NCBI GenBank assembly: GCA_023247915.1
Contig: JAHFFN010000003.1
Coordinates: 4,081 to 68,080 of the forward strand
Direction of reading: 5' to 3'
Source of the DNA: Candidatus Omnitrophota bacterium
GTDB taxonomy: Bacteria > Omnitrophota > Gorgyraeia > 2-02-FULL-51-18
DNA: 64,000 nucleotides
The translations under genes and the position numbers were made by a program. Of the stretch, positions 9,585 through 19,620 are shown in pieces. Each line of letters starts with the position of its first letter. Within the stretch, counting starts at the first letter, position 1. Under the pieces are notes generated by a model. It ran no database searches and was not told where the DNA came from. It saw nothing but the letters and a program-made list of their open reading frames with translations.

Positions 9585-10748
9585 ATGAAAATTGCCGAAA
9601 GAATGTCACTGGTTTCTCCTTCCGCCACACTGAAACTCACTTCCAAGGCCAAGGAAATGAAGGCCAAAGGATTGCCGGTCATCAGTTTCGGTGCCGGAGA
9701 GCCTGATTTTGACACTCCGGAAGTAGTGAAGGAAGAAGCGATCCGCTGTCTCAAAGCGGGCTTTACCAAATACACGCCGACTTCGGGGATTCCCGAGCTT
9801 CGCGAAGCGGTTTGCAAGAAATTTTCCGAAGACCAGGGGCTGGCCTACAAGCCGGAAAATGTGGTCATCTCCTGTGGTGCCAAACATTCGCTTTACAATT
9901 TGATTCAAGTTCTCTGTGATCCAGGCGATGAAGTGTTGATCCCGACGCCCTACTGGGTGAGCTATCCGGAAATGGTGTATCTAGCCGGTGGAAAACCGGT
10001 GATGATTCCGACGATGCAAAGCGAAGGTTTCCGTCTGACGGCGGAGCGGCTCAAAGCGGCCATCACCCCCAAATCAAAAATTCTTATTTTGAACAGCCCT
10101 TCCAATCCCACCGGTGGAATTTTAGAAGAAAAAGATCTTAAGGCGATCGCCGAAGTGGTGCTCAAAACCAATTTGATTTTAATCAGTGATGAAATTTACG
10201 AGAACTATCTCTACAAAAATTTAAAGCATGTTTCGATCGCGTCTCTGGCGGAAGAGCTTAAAAAACGCACCTTCATCGTGAATGGCATGTCCAAGAGTTA
10301 TTCCATGACCGGGCTTCGCATCGGGTATTTGGCGGGCGACGCGGAAGTCGTTAAAAAAATAGGAATTTTACAGGATCATTCGACATCCAATCCGACCTCC
10401 ATTAGCCAAAAAATGGCGGTGGCGGCATTGGCGCTCCCCAAAACTTATCGCAGCCAGGTACTGGCTATTTTTGACAAGCGCCGGAAACAGATGCTGGATC
10501 TTTTGTTACGAGCCAAAGGGTTTAAGGCGTTTGAACCCGAAGGCGCTTTTTACGTTTTTTGTGATATTCAGGGGACGGGCATGGGTTCCGAAGCGCTTTG
10601 TGAGGAGCTTTTGGAGAAGGAAAATGTCGCGGTCATTCCTGGTAAAAGCTTCGGATCGGATCGACACATCCGGTTCAGCTTCGCGTCGAGCGAAAAAGAT
10701 ATTCAAGAGGGTGTTGAGCGAATTATTGAATGGGCGAGGAAAAAATAA
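9585..10748 (+). CDS. class I PLP-dependent aminotransferase (aspartate aminotransferase-like)
   Basis: The PLP-lysine context is SKSYSMTGLRIGY and there is an NPTG motif. I moved the start to the ATG at 9585 because the track start at 9531 lies inside the terminator. Confidence 0.85.
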   Translation: MKIAERMSLVSPSATLKLTSKAKEMKAKGLPVISFGAGEPDFDTPEVVKEEAIRCLKAGFTKYTPTSGIPELREAVCKKFSEDQGLAYKPENVVISCGAKHSLYNLIQVLCDPGDEVLIPTPYWVSYPEMVYLAGGKPVMIPTMQSEGFRLTAERLKAAITPKSKILILNSPSNPTGGILEEKDLKAIAEVVLKTNLILISDEIYENYLYKNLKHVSIASLAEELKKRTFIVNGMSKSYSMTGLRIGYLAGDAEVVKKIGILQDHSTSNPTSISQKMAVAALALPKTYRSQVLAIFDKRRKQMLDLLLRAKGFKAFEPEGAFYVFCDIQGTGMGSEALCEELLEKENVAVIPGKSFGSDRHIRFSFASSEKDIQEGVERIIEWARKK

Positions 10749-10751
10749 ATC

Positions 10752-11843
10752 ATGGCTAAAAGAAAAGTAACTTTAATTCCCGGAGACGGGATCGGACCGG
10801 AAGTATCCTTGGCGGCTCAGCGTTGTGTGGACGCGACCGGCGTGGCAATCGATTGGGAAGTGGTGCATGCGGGCGCGGACGTGATGGAAAAGGCCGGCAC
10901 GCCGTTACCAGAAAACGTTTTAGAATCTATTCGGCGCAACAAAATCGCCATTAAAGGCCCTGTCACAACACCCATTGGCTCTGGTTTTCGCTCGGTGAAT
11001 GTGGCGCTTAGAAAAGAACTCGATCTTTATGCGTGCCTAAGGCCGTGCAAATTGTACCCCGGCATCAAAGGCTTTCACGAAAATATTGATCTGATCATTG
11101 TCCGTGAAAACACAGAAGATCTTTACGCGGGTATTGAATTTGACGCCAATAGCAAAGAAGCCGACACCTTGGTTTCGAAAATCATGGAATTAAATCCTAA
11201 GGCAAAGTTTAATCCGCATCCGGCAATCAGCATCAAGCCGATTTCCGAAAAAGCTTCGGCTCGCATCGTGCGTTTCGCGTTTGAAACGGCGATCAAAGAA
11301 AAACGCCGCAAAGTCACCGCGGTGCACAAAGCCAATATCATGAAATCCACCGACGGATTATTTCTCCGGGTGGCGCATGATGTCGCCAAAGAATACGTGG
11401 GAAGAATTGAATTTGAAGACCGCATTGTCGACAATATGTGCATGCAGTTGGTTCAGCGTCCGCGAGAATATGATGTGGTCGTACTTCCGAACCTTTATGG
11501 CGATATTATTTCCGATCTTTGCGCGGGTCTTATCGGCGGTCTCGGAATCGCTCCGGGCGCCAATATCGGCGACACGGTCGCGCTTTTTGAAGCGACTCAC
11601 GGCAGCGCGCCCAAATACAAAGGGCAGAACAAAGCCAACCCAACCGCGATGATTTTATCAGGCGTGTTGATGCTCCATCACTTGGGTGAGTGGGATGCCG
11701 CCAGCCGCCTGGAGAATGCGGTCGCGAAAGTTTTAAAAGAAGGTCGCTTTGTGACCTACGATTTAAAGCCTCATCGCAACGATCCGACCGCTGTCGGAAC
11801 AAGCCAAATGGCCGACGCCATCATCAAAGAGCTGAAGGGCTAA
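10752..11843 (+). CDS. icd: isocitrate dehydrogenase (short IDH3-like member of the isocitrate/isopropylmalate dehydrogenase family)
   Basis: Motifs seen are [31 protein letters not shown] and [10 protein letters not shown]. Confidence 0.75.
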   Translation: MAKRKVTLIPGDGIGPEVSLAAQRCVDATGVAIDWEVVHAGADVMEKAGTPLPENVLESIRRNKIAIKGPVTTPIGSGFRSVNVALRKELDLYACLRPCKLYPGIKGFHENIDLIIVRENTEDLYAGIEFDANSKEADTLVSKIMELNPKAKFNPHPAISIKPISEKASARIVRFAFETAIKEKRRKVTAVHKANIMKSTDGLFLRVAHDVAKEYVGRIEFEDRIVDNMCMQLVQRPREYDVVVLPNLYGDIISDLCAGLIGGLGIAPGANIGDTVALFEATHGSAPKYKGQNKANPTAMILSGVLMLHHLGEWDAASRLENAVAKVLKEGRFVTYDLKPHRNDPTAVGTSQMADAIIKELKG

Positions 11844-12752
11844 ATGTCCAGAGCCGCGCTCCGGGTTGAACCGGTTGGCCGCCGCTTGCCGGATTGGCTC
11901 AAAAAAAGCGTTTCGATCGGACAGGAAGCGACCCGCACCGACGCTCTTCTAAAAGAGTACGGTCTTCACACCATTTGCGAGAGCGGGCGATGCCCCAATC
12001 GCGACGAATGTTACTCCCAAAAAACAGCGACCTTTATGGTCATGGGCGATGTCTGCACGCGGAGCTGTAGTTTTTGCTCGGTGACGACGGGGCGTCCGGA
12101 AGTGTTGGATATGGATGAGCCGCGTCGTGTCGCGGAAGCCACCAAACGCCTGGGTCTTGAGCATGTGGTCGTCACCTCCGTCAATCGCGACGATTTGGAA
12201 GATGAAGGTGCGGATCATTTTGTTCAGGTGATTCTGGCTTTGAAAAATGTTTCCTCCCGCATGATTATTGAAATCCTGACGCCGGATTTTAGACGCACGC
12301 AACGCCTGGCCGTACAAAAAATTTTAGAAGCGGGTCCGGATATTTTTAATCACAATGTGGAAACGGTGCCGGCTTTGTACAAGCGGGTGAGGCCGCAGGG
12401 GGATTACGCACGTTCACTGCAAATCTTTCGCGAGATCAAACAGCATTCGCCCAAGGTTTTAACCAAGAGCGGGCTCATGCTGGGTTTGGGAGAGGCTCGT
12501 GAGGATGTGCTGGCGGTGTTGGCGGATTTGAAAAATGCCGGTTGTGATATTTTAACCTTAGGGCAATACCTGCAGTCCAGCGCGATGGGTTTGCCGGTCA
12601 CCGAATACATCCGCCCGGAAGTATTTGCCGATTATAAAAAAGAAGCCTTGGCGCTTGGTTTTACATGGGTGGAGAGCGGTCCGTTTGTACGAAGCTCATT
12701 TCACGCCAAAGAATCTTTTGAAGCACTCAAACGCGCGTTAAATAAGAATTAA
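11844..12752 (+). CDS. lipA: lipoyl synthase (radical SAM)
   Basis: Cys clusters CESGRCPNRDEC and CTRSCSFC, and the C-terminal RSSFHA motif. Confidence 0.9.
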   Translation: MSRAALRVEPVGRRLPDWLKKSVSIGQEATRTDALLKEYGLHTICESGRCPNRDECYSQKTATFMVMGDVCTRSCSFCSVTTGRPEVLDMDEPRRVAEATKRLGLEHVVVTSVNRDDLEDEGADHFVQVILALKNVSSRMIIEILTPDFRRTQRLAVQKILEAGPDIFNHNVETVPALYKRVRPQGDYARSLQIFREIKQHSPKVLTKSGLMLGLGEAREDVLAVLADLKNAGCDILTLGQYLQSSAMGLPVTEYIRPEVFADYKKEALALGFTWVESGPFVRSSFHAKESFEALKRALNKN

Positions 12753-12753
12753 A

Positions 12754-13431
12754 TTGCCCCTTAAAAAATCCGACGTCCTTGTTTTAATTCCCGCGTATAA
12801 CGAAGAAGCTAGAATTGCAAACGCCATCCGCCGTGTCCAAGAAGAGGGCTACGAAGTGCTGGTGGTGGATGACGGTTCTGTCGACGCGACTTCCATTCGT
12901 GCCAAAGAAAGCGGAGCGCGTCTTATTCAAAATCCAAAAAATCTAGGCAAAGGCCAAGCGCTAAGAACCGGCTTTTCTTATTTTTTAGACAGCCCTTTTA
13001 ATTTTTTAATCACCATGGATGCCGACGGCCAGCACGATGTACGGGATCTTGAGAAATTTTTAAAAGTCCGCGAAGAATCCGGAGCATCGCTTCTTATCGG
13101 AAATCGGATGGACAATCCCACGCGGATGCCCTGGCTTCGAGTGCTCACTAATCATTTTTTATCGTCCCTTCTTTCCTTGGTTGGCGGAAAAAAAATTCCC
13201 GATAGTCAATGCGGTTACCGGCTTGTCTCCAAAGAGGCGCTCCGGCAAATGCGTTTTGAAACCAGCCATTTTGAAATCGAGTCGGAAATGTTGCTCGAAG
13301 CTCTGCGATTAAAAGTGGATGTCCGGTCGGTGCCGGTATCTTCGGTGTATGAAGGCGAGACCAGCCACATTCATCCGGTTCGTGATACATTTCGTTTTTT
13401 TAGATTTTTATTTTTGCGTTTGTTAAAATAA
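12754..13431 (+). CDS. family 2 glycosyltransferase (polyprenyl-phosphate sugar synthase-like), TTG start
   Basis: Motifs seen are LIPAYNEE, VVDDGSVDAT and MDADGQHD (the DXD motif). Confidence 0.8.
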   Translation: MPLKKSDVLVLIPAYNEEARIANAIRRVQEEGYEVLVVDDGSVDATSIRAKESGARLIQNPKNLGKGQALRTGFSYFLDSPFNFLITMDADGQHDVRDLEKFLKVREESGASLLIGNRMDNPTRMPWLRVLTNHFLSSLLSLVGGKKIPDSQCGYRLVSKEALRQMRFETSHFEIESEMLLEALRLKVDVRSVPVSSVYEGETSHIHPVRDTFRFFRFLFLRLLK

Positions 13432-13458
13432 CATCGATTTCAAAACCCGGGAGGCGGA

Positions 13459-14064
13459 ATGTTTTATTTGATTCAAAAGGGCGGGCCCATTATGTGGCCG
13501 CTGATTCTTACTTCGATTATCGCGCTGACCATTGTTTTTGACCGCGCTTATTTCATCATTACCGTCTCACTTCAAAGACATCCCAAGATTGTTGACTATA
13601 TTTTGGCGAGTGTGGAGCGGGGTGAGATCCGCGAGGCGATTGACGCCGGCTCCGAGACAAAAGATTTTGTGGCGCGCACCCTGGTGTATGGTTTGAAGCA
13701 AAAAGACAAGTCGCTTTCCAGCGCCTTGCTCCGGGCGGCCAATCAAGAATTAAAGCGATTCAATCAGGGGCTCTCTTTTTTAGATACGATTGTGACTTTG
13801 GCGCCGCTTTTGGGTCTTTTGGCCACGGTCACCGGCATGATACATGCGTTTGGTCTTTTGGGCGGGCAGGAATTGGACGCGCCGACGGTGATCACCGGCG
13901 GTATTGCCGAGGCGCTGATCGGGACGGCTTTCGGTTTGGGTATCGCGATCGTTTCTTTGATTCCTTTTAATTACATGAACACGCGTGTGGAGCAGGCCAG
14001 GCATGAGCTGGAAGACGCGGCGACGCATTTAGAATTACTGCTCAAGAAACCCGAAAAATCATGA
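13459..14064 (+). CDS. exbB: MotA/TolQ/ExbB-family proton channel
   Basis: 201 aa, 3 TM segments, and a conserved C-terminal half (LAPLLGLLATVTGMIHAF...GGIAEALIGTAFGLGIAIV). Confidence 0.8.
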   Translation: MFYLIQKGGPIMWPLILTSIIALTIVFDRAYFIITVSLQRHPKIVDYILASVERGEIREAIDAGSETKDFVARTLVYGLKQKDKSLSSALLRAANQELKRFNQGLSFLDTIVTLAPLLGLLATVTGMIHAFGLLGGQELDAPTVITGGIAEALIGTAFGLGIAIVSLIPFNYMNTRVEQARHELEDAATHLELLLKKPEKS

Positions 14065-14471
14065 ACATTCCTTCGCCGTCCGGCAAGCGCCGGGCTCGCA
14101 TTGAAATCATCCCTCTGATCGATATTGTCTTTTTTCTTTTGGCGACATTTGTCATGGTCTCGCTGTCGATGGTGAAAAATCACGGCATTGACGTGAATCT
14201 TCCTGTCGCCAAGACCAGCGCGCGCCAGGTCAAAGACAATCAATACACGGCCATCACGGTCGCTAAGAACGGCGATATTTATTTCAACAAAGAAAAAATC
14301 ACTCCCAAAGAATTGCCACTGCGCTTAGGCGCTCTCAAAAAAGTCACGCCGGATCCTACCGTGATCCTCAACGCGGACGACAGCACCTCCTATGGTCGCG
14401 CCGTCGCGGTGTTGGATGAAGTGCGGAAGGTGGGGATTAAAAAAGTCGCTTTGGAAACCAAGCAAACATAA
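14061..14471 (+). CDS. exbD: ExbD/TolR-family protein
   Basis: 136 aa with an N-terminal anchor (IIPLIDIVFFLLATFVMV). It has a 4-nt overlap with exbB. Confidence 0.8.
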   Translation: MNIPSPSGKRRARIEIIPLIDIVFFLLATFVMVSLSMVKNHGIDVNLPVAKTSARQVKDNQYTAITVAKNGDIYFNKEKITPKELPLRLGALKKVTPDPTVILNADDSTSYGRAVAVLDEVRKVGIKKVALETKQT

Positions 14472-14475
14472 TTGT

Positions 14476-14504
14476 TTGACAAACGCTTCATTAGACTTTA
14501 TTCT
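14476..14504 (+). promoter_or_regulatory. putative promoter TTGACA-N17-TATTCT
   Basis: I read the hexamers directly. It lies upstream of the riboswitch leader. Confidence 0.4.
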
Positions 14505-14540
14505 AGCCACGTTCGACCGAGTGTAATTTAATGACAATTT

Positions 14541-14721
14541 AAGAAATGGTTGCCCCTAACCGGGCAACAAGAGGGAAGGCCGTTTAAATCGGCCGCGGTC
14601 CCGCCGCTGTAAGCTCTCCCATTTTGGGAACCTCGCACGCAAAGCATTTGTCACTGTTTCGAAGGATTGAAACGGGAAGACAGCTAGAGAGGGGAGCAAG
14701 CCAGAAGACCTGCCATTTCTT
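14541..14721 (+). promoter_or_regulatory. cobalamin (B12) riboswitch aptamer
   Basis: Conserved core strings are present (agagggaagg, aaatcggccgcggtcccgccgctgtaagc) plus a B12 box (agccagaagacctgcc). A closing P1 helix forms between aagaaatggt and gccatttctt. It lies upstream of a TonB-dependent receptor. Confidence 0.85.
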
Positions 14722-14753
14722 ATGAAACGCTTCTTTCCGAGGCAGAAAGAATT

Positions 14754-16898
14754 ATGATGAAAAAGTCCCCGTTTGCTTTCCTTTTTTTATTCCTGAGCCT
14801 TGTTCCAAGCGCTCTGGCTGATTCCACAAAAGACGATGATTCCCTGTTAACGTTGCCGTTCAAAACGGCCGGCGGCGTGGTCGATTCTTTTTTTGATCTT
14901 GGGAATATCTTGGTTGGCGGCAAAAGACTCGATAGTCCTTTGAGTGATTTTGTGGCGACCTCAGTGAGTTCGACGAGTGTGGTTACCAGTAAAGACATTG
15001 AAAAAAGAGGCGCTAAAAATCTGCCCGAAGCGATGCAAGAAGTTCCGGGCGTCATCATGTCCGATCTTTCGGGCAACGGCGAAGAACCGACACTCGACTT
15101 CAGAGGTTTTAGCCAAGGACAGGATTTTGTGTTCTTGCTCGATGGTGTTCGTCTTAATGAACCCAAATCCAATAACATCAATTATCCTTTAATTCCTTTG
15201 AGCCTCATGGATCGCTTGGAAGTCAGCCGCAGTGGTGCTTCCTTTCTGTATGGGGAAGGGGCGATGGGCGGGGTCGCTAATCTCGTGCCCAAGAAACCTA
15301 TGGAAGAATCGGGTCTCAAAAGCCGTGTTAAAACCGGAGCCGGTAGTTTTGGTGAGTGGTCGGAAAGCATGGAGGCAAGCGCGCGTCAGGGAAATTCCGG
15401 AATTTTTATGTCCGGCGACCTGTATCACACCGATGGTTTTCGTCAGAATTCTTCGGTAGAAAAACAGGATTTTTATATCAAACTGGATCAGGCCTTCACC
15501 GAAGAAAATCATATCGGGCTTTCTTATTTGCATGCGGATGCTCACCTGGATCGTTCTGGCAGTATTCGTGAATCGCGGCTTAGAGATTTTGGATACAAAG
15601 CGACCGAGCGCCCCAGGAATTTCAGCGACCTGGATACGGATCTTATTATTTTTAACGGTTTGGTTCAGCCCTGGGATGGGCTTGTGCTGAGCGGAAATGT
15701 TTTTGGGCGTCAGAGTCATGAGTTATCTGTCGCTAATTTTGCGACTTTCGATACGACTGACAATGAGCTGGATCTCATGATGAATACCTGGGGCACGACG
15801 GTACAGCTAGAGCAGTCCAAGGATCTTCCTTTTAATCTGGTGGAGTCATTTTTACTCGGCGTGGATTATTCGGACAACAGTGTCGACGAAGAAGACTTTA
15901 ACCGCTCTAAAGCGACTCTCGGGCGGGTGGGGACGGCCGTGGATACCAATTCCACCAAGGAAAACATCGGCTTTTTCTCAAAAGCGTCGCTGGCATGGAA
16001 TGAAAGACTCGGAACTTATTTCGGGCTTCGTTACGACTCGATTGATTTCACAAACGCGGACGCGATCAATATCGGAAATAACACGCCGAGTGAAGTTTCT
16101 CAGTGGAGCCATTCGATCGGTGCCAGTTACAAAGCGAGCAAGCAGCTGTCTTTTTCCGCGCTCTATAGTGAATCTTTCAGAGCGCCGACCTTGAGCGATC
16201 TGTATGCCAATCCTTTATTCGGCGGTAATCCAAATCTCAAGCCACTGGAAGCCGCTAATTATGAAGTGGGCGCCAAGTGGATTTCGCAAATGTGGACGGC
16301 CTCTTCCACATTCTTTTTGAATCACATCAAAAATGAAATCGGCTTTGATCCCAACTTGACCGACGCGACACATCTGTTTGGTCAAAACAGCAATTTCGGC
16401 AAGACACGGCGCGGGGGACTGGAAACTTCTATCGAATCCAGATTTACTCGTTGGTTACGCGCACGGCTCAGCCATACCTACACGGACGCGCGTTTTGGAT
16501 CCAATGATAATTCCGGCACTCAAAAAAGCGGTGATTTCATTCCGATGATTCCACGCAACCGGTGGTCTTCGAGCGTGTTTATTGATCCGACCGAAAATTG
16601 GAGCATCATGCTCAACATGCTGTCGGTTTCTCAGCAGGTCTTGATCAATGATTTGACCAATGATCGTAACGGTCGCCGCCTGCCGGCTTACACCGTTTTC
16701 AATGTCAAGACGGCGTATCGCCTGAAGGGGTGGGAATTTTCTGTGGAAGTAAGAAATCTTCTGGATGAACGCTATGAAACCGGCGGAAGCCTTGGTGTTG
16801 CGCCCGGTCCGTTTGTGACAGACCCGACTACGACGGATAATTTCTTTGTGCCGGCTCCCGGCCGGGGTTGTTACGCGTCGGTCAGCTACTCTTTTTGA
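14754..16898 (+). CDS. TonB-dependent outer-membrane receptor (probable corrinoid transporter given the riboswitch)
   Basis: Signal peptide, a plug region (VVTSKDIEKRGAKNLPEAMQEVPGV), and a barrel ending in ...ASVSYSF. Confidence 0.85.
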   Translation: MMKKSPFAFLFLFLSLVPSALADSTKDDDSLLTLPFKTAGGVVDSFFDLGNILVGGKRLDSPLSDFVATSVSSTSVVTSKDIEKRGAKNLPEAMQEVPGVIMSDLSGNGEEPTLDFRGFSQGQDFVFLLDGVRLNEPKSNNINYPLIPLSLMDRLEVSRSGASFLYGEGAMGGVANLVPKKPMEESGLKSRVKTGAGSFGEWSESMEASARQGNSGIFMSGDLYHTDGFRQNSSVEKQDFYIKLDQAFTEENHIGLSYLHADAHLDRSGSIRESRLRDFGYKATERPRNFSDLDTDLIIFNGLVQPWDGLVLSGNVFGRQSHELSVANFATFDTTDNELDLMMNTWGTTVQLEQSKDLPFNLVESFLLGVDYSDNSVDEEDFNRSKATLGRVGTAVDTNSTKENIGFFSKASLAWNERLGTYFGLRYDSIDFTNADAINIGNNTPSEVSQWSHSIGASYKASKQLSFSALYSESFRAPTLSDLYANPLFGGNPNLKPLEAANYEVGAKWISQMWTASSTFFLNHIKNEIGFDPNLTDATHLFGQNSNFGKTRRGGLETSIESRFTRWLRARLSHTYTDARFGSNDNSGTQKSGDFIPMIPRNRWSSSVFIDPTENWSIMLNMLSVSQQVLINDLTNDRNGRRLPAYTVFNVKTAYRLKGWEFSVEVRNLLDERYETGGSLGVAPGPFVTDPTTTDNFFVPAPGRGCYASVSYSF

Positions 16899-16937
16899 GG
16901 CATTGCTGTTTAAGGCGTTCTTTTCTATAATGGCTTC

Positions 16938-17594
16938 ATGTCTAACAAATTTCTACCCGAAGCCTTGATTCTGTCCGTCGCGCTTCACGGCGCGGCGGCT
17001 TATTCGCTTTATGGGCGTTCCGTGGCGCCGGAGCATCCCGGGCCGGATCCTGAGAAGTTGATTCAGATTTCTTATGTCGAACCGCGGGTTGAGCCAAAGG
17101 TGGTATTCAAAAAAGAATTGCCGCCGGCACCCAAACTGCCGGTAAAAATACCGACTCCCGCCAGGCTCGCGTCTCCACCCAAAGTGCTTTCTAAAAGCAA
17201 AGTCGCGGGATTTTCTGTAGCCCGCGCGCTTCCACCGGCTCCATCGCCGGCGTCGGAAATGCGCTCTAGCGCCGATCTCTTAAATGATCCTCAGAAAGGA
17301 AAAGCTTTCTCAGGGTATTTTGCCCAAGTCAAAGACAAGATTCACCGCGTGCTCGCCAAACGATACGCGGCCGGAGAAAGCGGGGAAGGGAAAGTCGTTT
17401 TGTATTTTGTGCTCAATCCCAACGGGGAACTGGAGTCCGTTGACGCTCTGCCGCGTCAATCTGATGCCGAAAAGCCCATGCAGAGACTCGCCGTAGAATG
17501 CGTGAAAGAAGCGGCTCCTTTTGGAGAATTTCCAAAAGACCTCGCGCTGGAACGCATTTCGTTTAACGTCACCATTCACTTCGAAGATTTTTAA
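16938..17594 (+). CDS. tonB: energy transducer TonB
   Basis: N-terminal anchor, a Pro-rich spacer (PPAPKLPVKIPTPARLASPP) and a TonB_C-like end. Confidence 0.75.
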   Translation: MSNKFLPEALILSVALHGAAAYSLYGRSVAPEHPGPDPEKLIQISYVEPRVEPKVVFKKELPPAPKLPVKIPTPARLASPPKVLSKSKVAGFSVARALPPAPSPASEMRSSADLLNDPQKGKAFSGYFAQVKDKIHRVLAKRYAAGESGEGKVVLYFVLNPNGELESVDALPRQSDAEKPMQRLAVECVKEAAPFGEFPKDLALERISFNVTIHFEDF

Positions 17595-17595
17595 T

Positions 17596-19518
17596 TTGAA
17601 AAAAAGTAAATCATCAAAGTCGATTGTCCGTCCCATAACCGTTGTCGCTCCGGCACCCTTTTTCCCAAAACCTCTTCTTTTTGTGTTAATGGCGGCACTG
17701 GTCATTAAAGGCCTCTATTTTTATTTCAGTCTAAGCAGTCCCTTTTTTGAGCCACGAATTTTAGACGCCAAATATTATCATGAATGGGCTCTGAGAATAG
17801 TCGGCGGAGATTTTGGAAAAGACGTTTTTTACGGCTTGCCGCTTTATCCGTTTTTCTTGGCCTGTGTTTACCGTCTATCCGACAATTCTTACGCAGCAGC
17901 GCATCTGGTGCAGGCCTGTTTGGGGCTGGTGACCCTTTTCTTTATTTATAAAAGCACCGAAAAAATAGCGGATAAGAACACGGCGCTCATCGCTTCCATT
18001 TTGGCAGCCTGCTACGGCCCTTTATTTTTTCATGAAAATATTTTAATCGCCGAATCCATCGGACTTCCGCTTTACGCGGCCGCGTTTTATGGGGTGCTGT
18101 GTTTTGAGGAAACGCCTTCGTTGAAATGCGCGGTCTGGGCTGGGATGGTTTTGGCGCTGGCCACTTTAACCAAGGCGGGCGCGCTCCTTTTTACTGTGTT
18201 GTTTGTTTTGACGGGGGTGTGCCGCGCGTTTTTCTCTTCCCGAGAAAATCTCAAATACTATCTAGCCCTGATTTTATTTTTCATGATGACGCTGGCGCCG
18301 ATTCCGCTCCATAATTTTATTCGAGGCCACGACAAAGTTTTTTTAACCTCGCATTCCGGCTTTAATTTTTATATTGGGAATAATCCAAAGGCCGAAGGTG
18401 TATTCGTTGCTCCGGAAGGTAGCGGTAGCAATGTCGACGCGCAGGTTCAAGACTCTAGAGCCATCGCCGAAAGAGAGCTGGGGCGAACTCTCAAACCTTC
18501 GGAAGTTTCAAAGTACTGGTCTGACAAGGCATGGGCATTCATTCGTGAAAATCCCGCTCAATTTTTGAAGCTTAGTCTTCGCAAGATCACCCTCTTTTTT
18601 GATTATCGCGAAATCTCCGATGTGGATGATTATGAATTTATGAAAAAATTCAATCCGGTTTTAAATTTTCCTTGGGTAACCTTCGCGATGGTGGGACCGC
18701 TTTTTTTCGTCGGTGCGCTGGCTTACGGGAGACGTCTTAAAAAAGCGCCGCTAATCGCTTTGTGGGTGGCCTCGTATGTCGTCGGATTGATTTTCTTTTT
18801 TATGAATGCCCGTTACCGTCTTCCGATGATACCACTTTTTTTGGGGGTGGCGGCTTTTGCTGTGACGCAAATCACCGCGGACATCCGTGAAAAGCGATGG
18901 TTGAGTTTGGGGGTGGCGATACTGGCACTGGGCGTGGGGGCGTGGGTGTCAAGACTCGAGCTTGTCGGAACGGATCATTTGATAAGCTATATCAATGCCG
19001 GTGACGCGTATTTGGATAAGAAGGAATACGAGACGGCGCAAAATTTCTATCAGGAAGCGCTCAAGATCAATCCTCAACATCCAAAAGCCAATCTGGCGAT
19101 GGGAATCGTGGGTACCCGTACCGGCCATTATGACGACGCTAAAGATTATTATTTAAAATCAATTGAGACCAAGCCAACCGACCAAGCCTACAATAATCTG
19201 GGGATGTGCTATGACCATGACGGCAACCTGGAGGAGTCCGAACGTTACTTTAAAAAAGCGCTGGAACTAAGGCCTCAAAACGCTCAGGCACACAATAATC
19301 TGGGAATGGCTTACGGCAAGCAGGGGAAGAACATCGAGGCCGTGGCGGAGTTTGAAGAGGCTCTGCGCCTCAATCCCACAAGCGCCCGGGCGCATACCAA
19401 TCTAGGCCTTATCCTTTACCGTCTGGGGCAGAAGGGGGAGGCTAAGCGGCATTGGCAAGAAGCAGTGCGAATTGACCCCGATTTTGAGGAGGCCAAAAAG
19501 GCTCTTTCTTTCTTTTGA
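17596..19518 (+). CDS. GT-C fold (PMT_2/ArnT-like) membrane glycosyltransferase with C-terminal TPR repeats; probable TTG start
   Basis: Multi-TM N-terminus with a first-loop DAKYYHEWA motif, and 5-6 TPR units near the C-terminus (...AYNNLGMCYDHDGNLEESERYFKKALEL...). The track start at 17521 overlaps tonB. Confidence 0.7.
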   Translation: MKKSKSSKSIVRPITVVAPAPFFPKPLLFVLMAALVIKGLYFYFSLSSPFFEPRILDAKYYHEWALRIVGGDFGKDVFYGLPLYPFFLACVYRLSDNSYAAAHLVQACLGLVTLFFIYKSTEKIADKNTALIASILAACYGPLFFHENILIAESIGLPLYAAAFYGVLCFEETPSLKCAVWAGMVLALATLTKAGALLFTVLFVLTGVCRAFFSSRENLKYYLALILFFMMTLAPIPLHNFIRGHDKVFLTSHSGFNFYIGNNPKAEGVFVAPEGSGSNVDAQVQDSRAIAERELGRTLKPSEVSKYWSDKAWAFIRENPAQFLKLSLRKITLFFDYREISDVDDYEFMKKFNPVLNFPWVTFAMVGPLFFVGALAYGRRLKKAPLIALWVASYVVGLIFFFMNARYRLPMIPLFLGVAAFAVTQITADIREKRWLSLGVAILALGVGAWVSRLELVGTDHLISYINAGDAYLDKKEYETAQNFYQEALKINPQHPKANLAMGIVGTRTGHYDDAKDYYLKSIETKPTDQAYNNLGMCYDHDGNLEESERYFKKALELRPQNAQAHNNLGMAYGKQGKNIEAVAEFEEALRLNPTSARAHTNLGLILYRLGQKGEAKRHWQEAVRIDPDFEEAKKALSFF

Positions 19519-19620
19519 CAGCACCCCTGGGAGCCGTTATAATAAAGAACTTAAATTTTTATGGGCTCTTTTTGGTCAGTTTTTTAACCTTTTTCAATCA
19601 CCTTTTCTAAGGAGGATACC

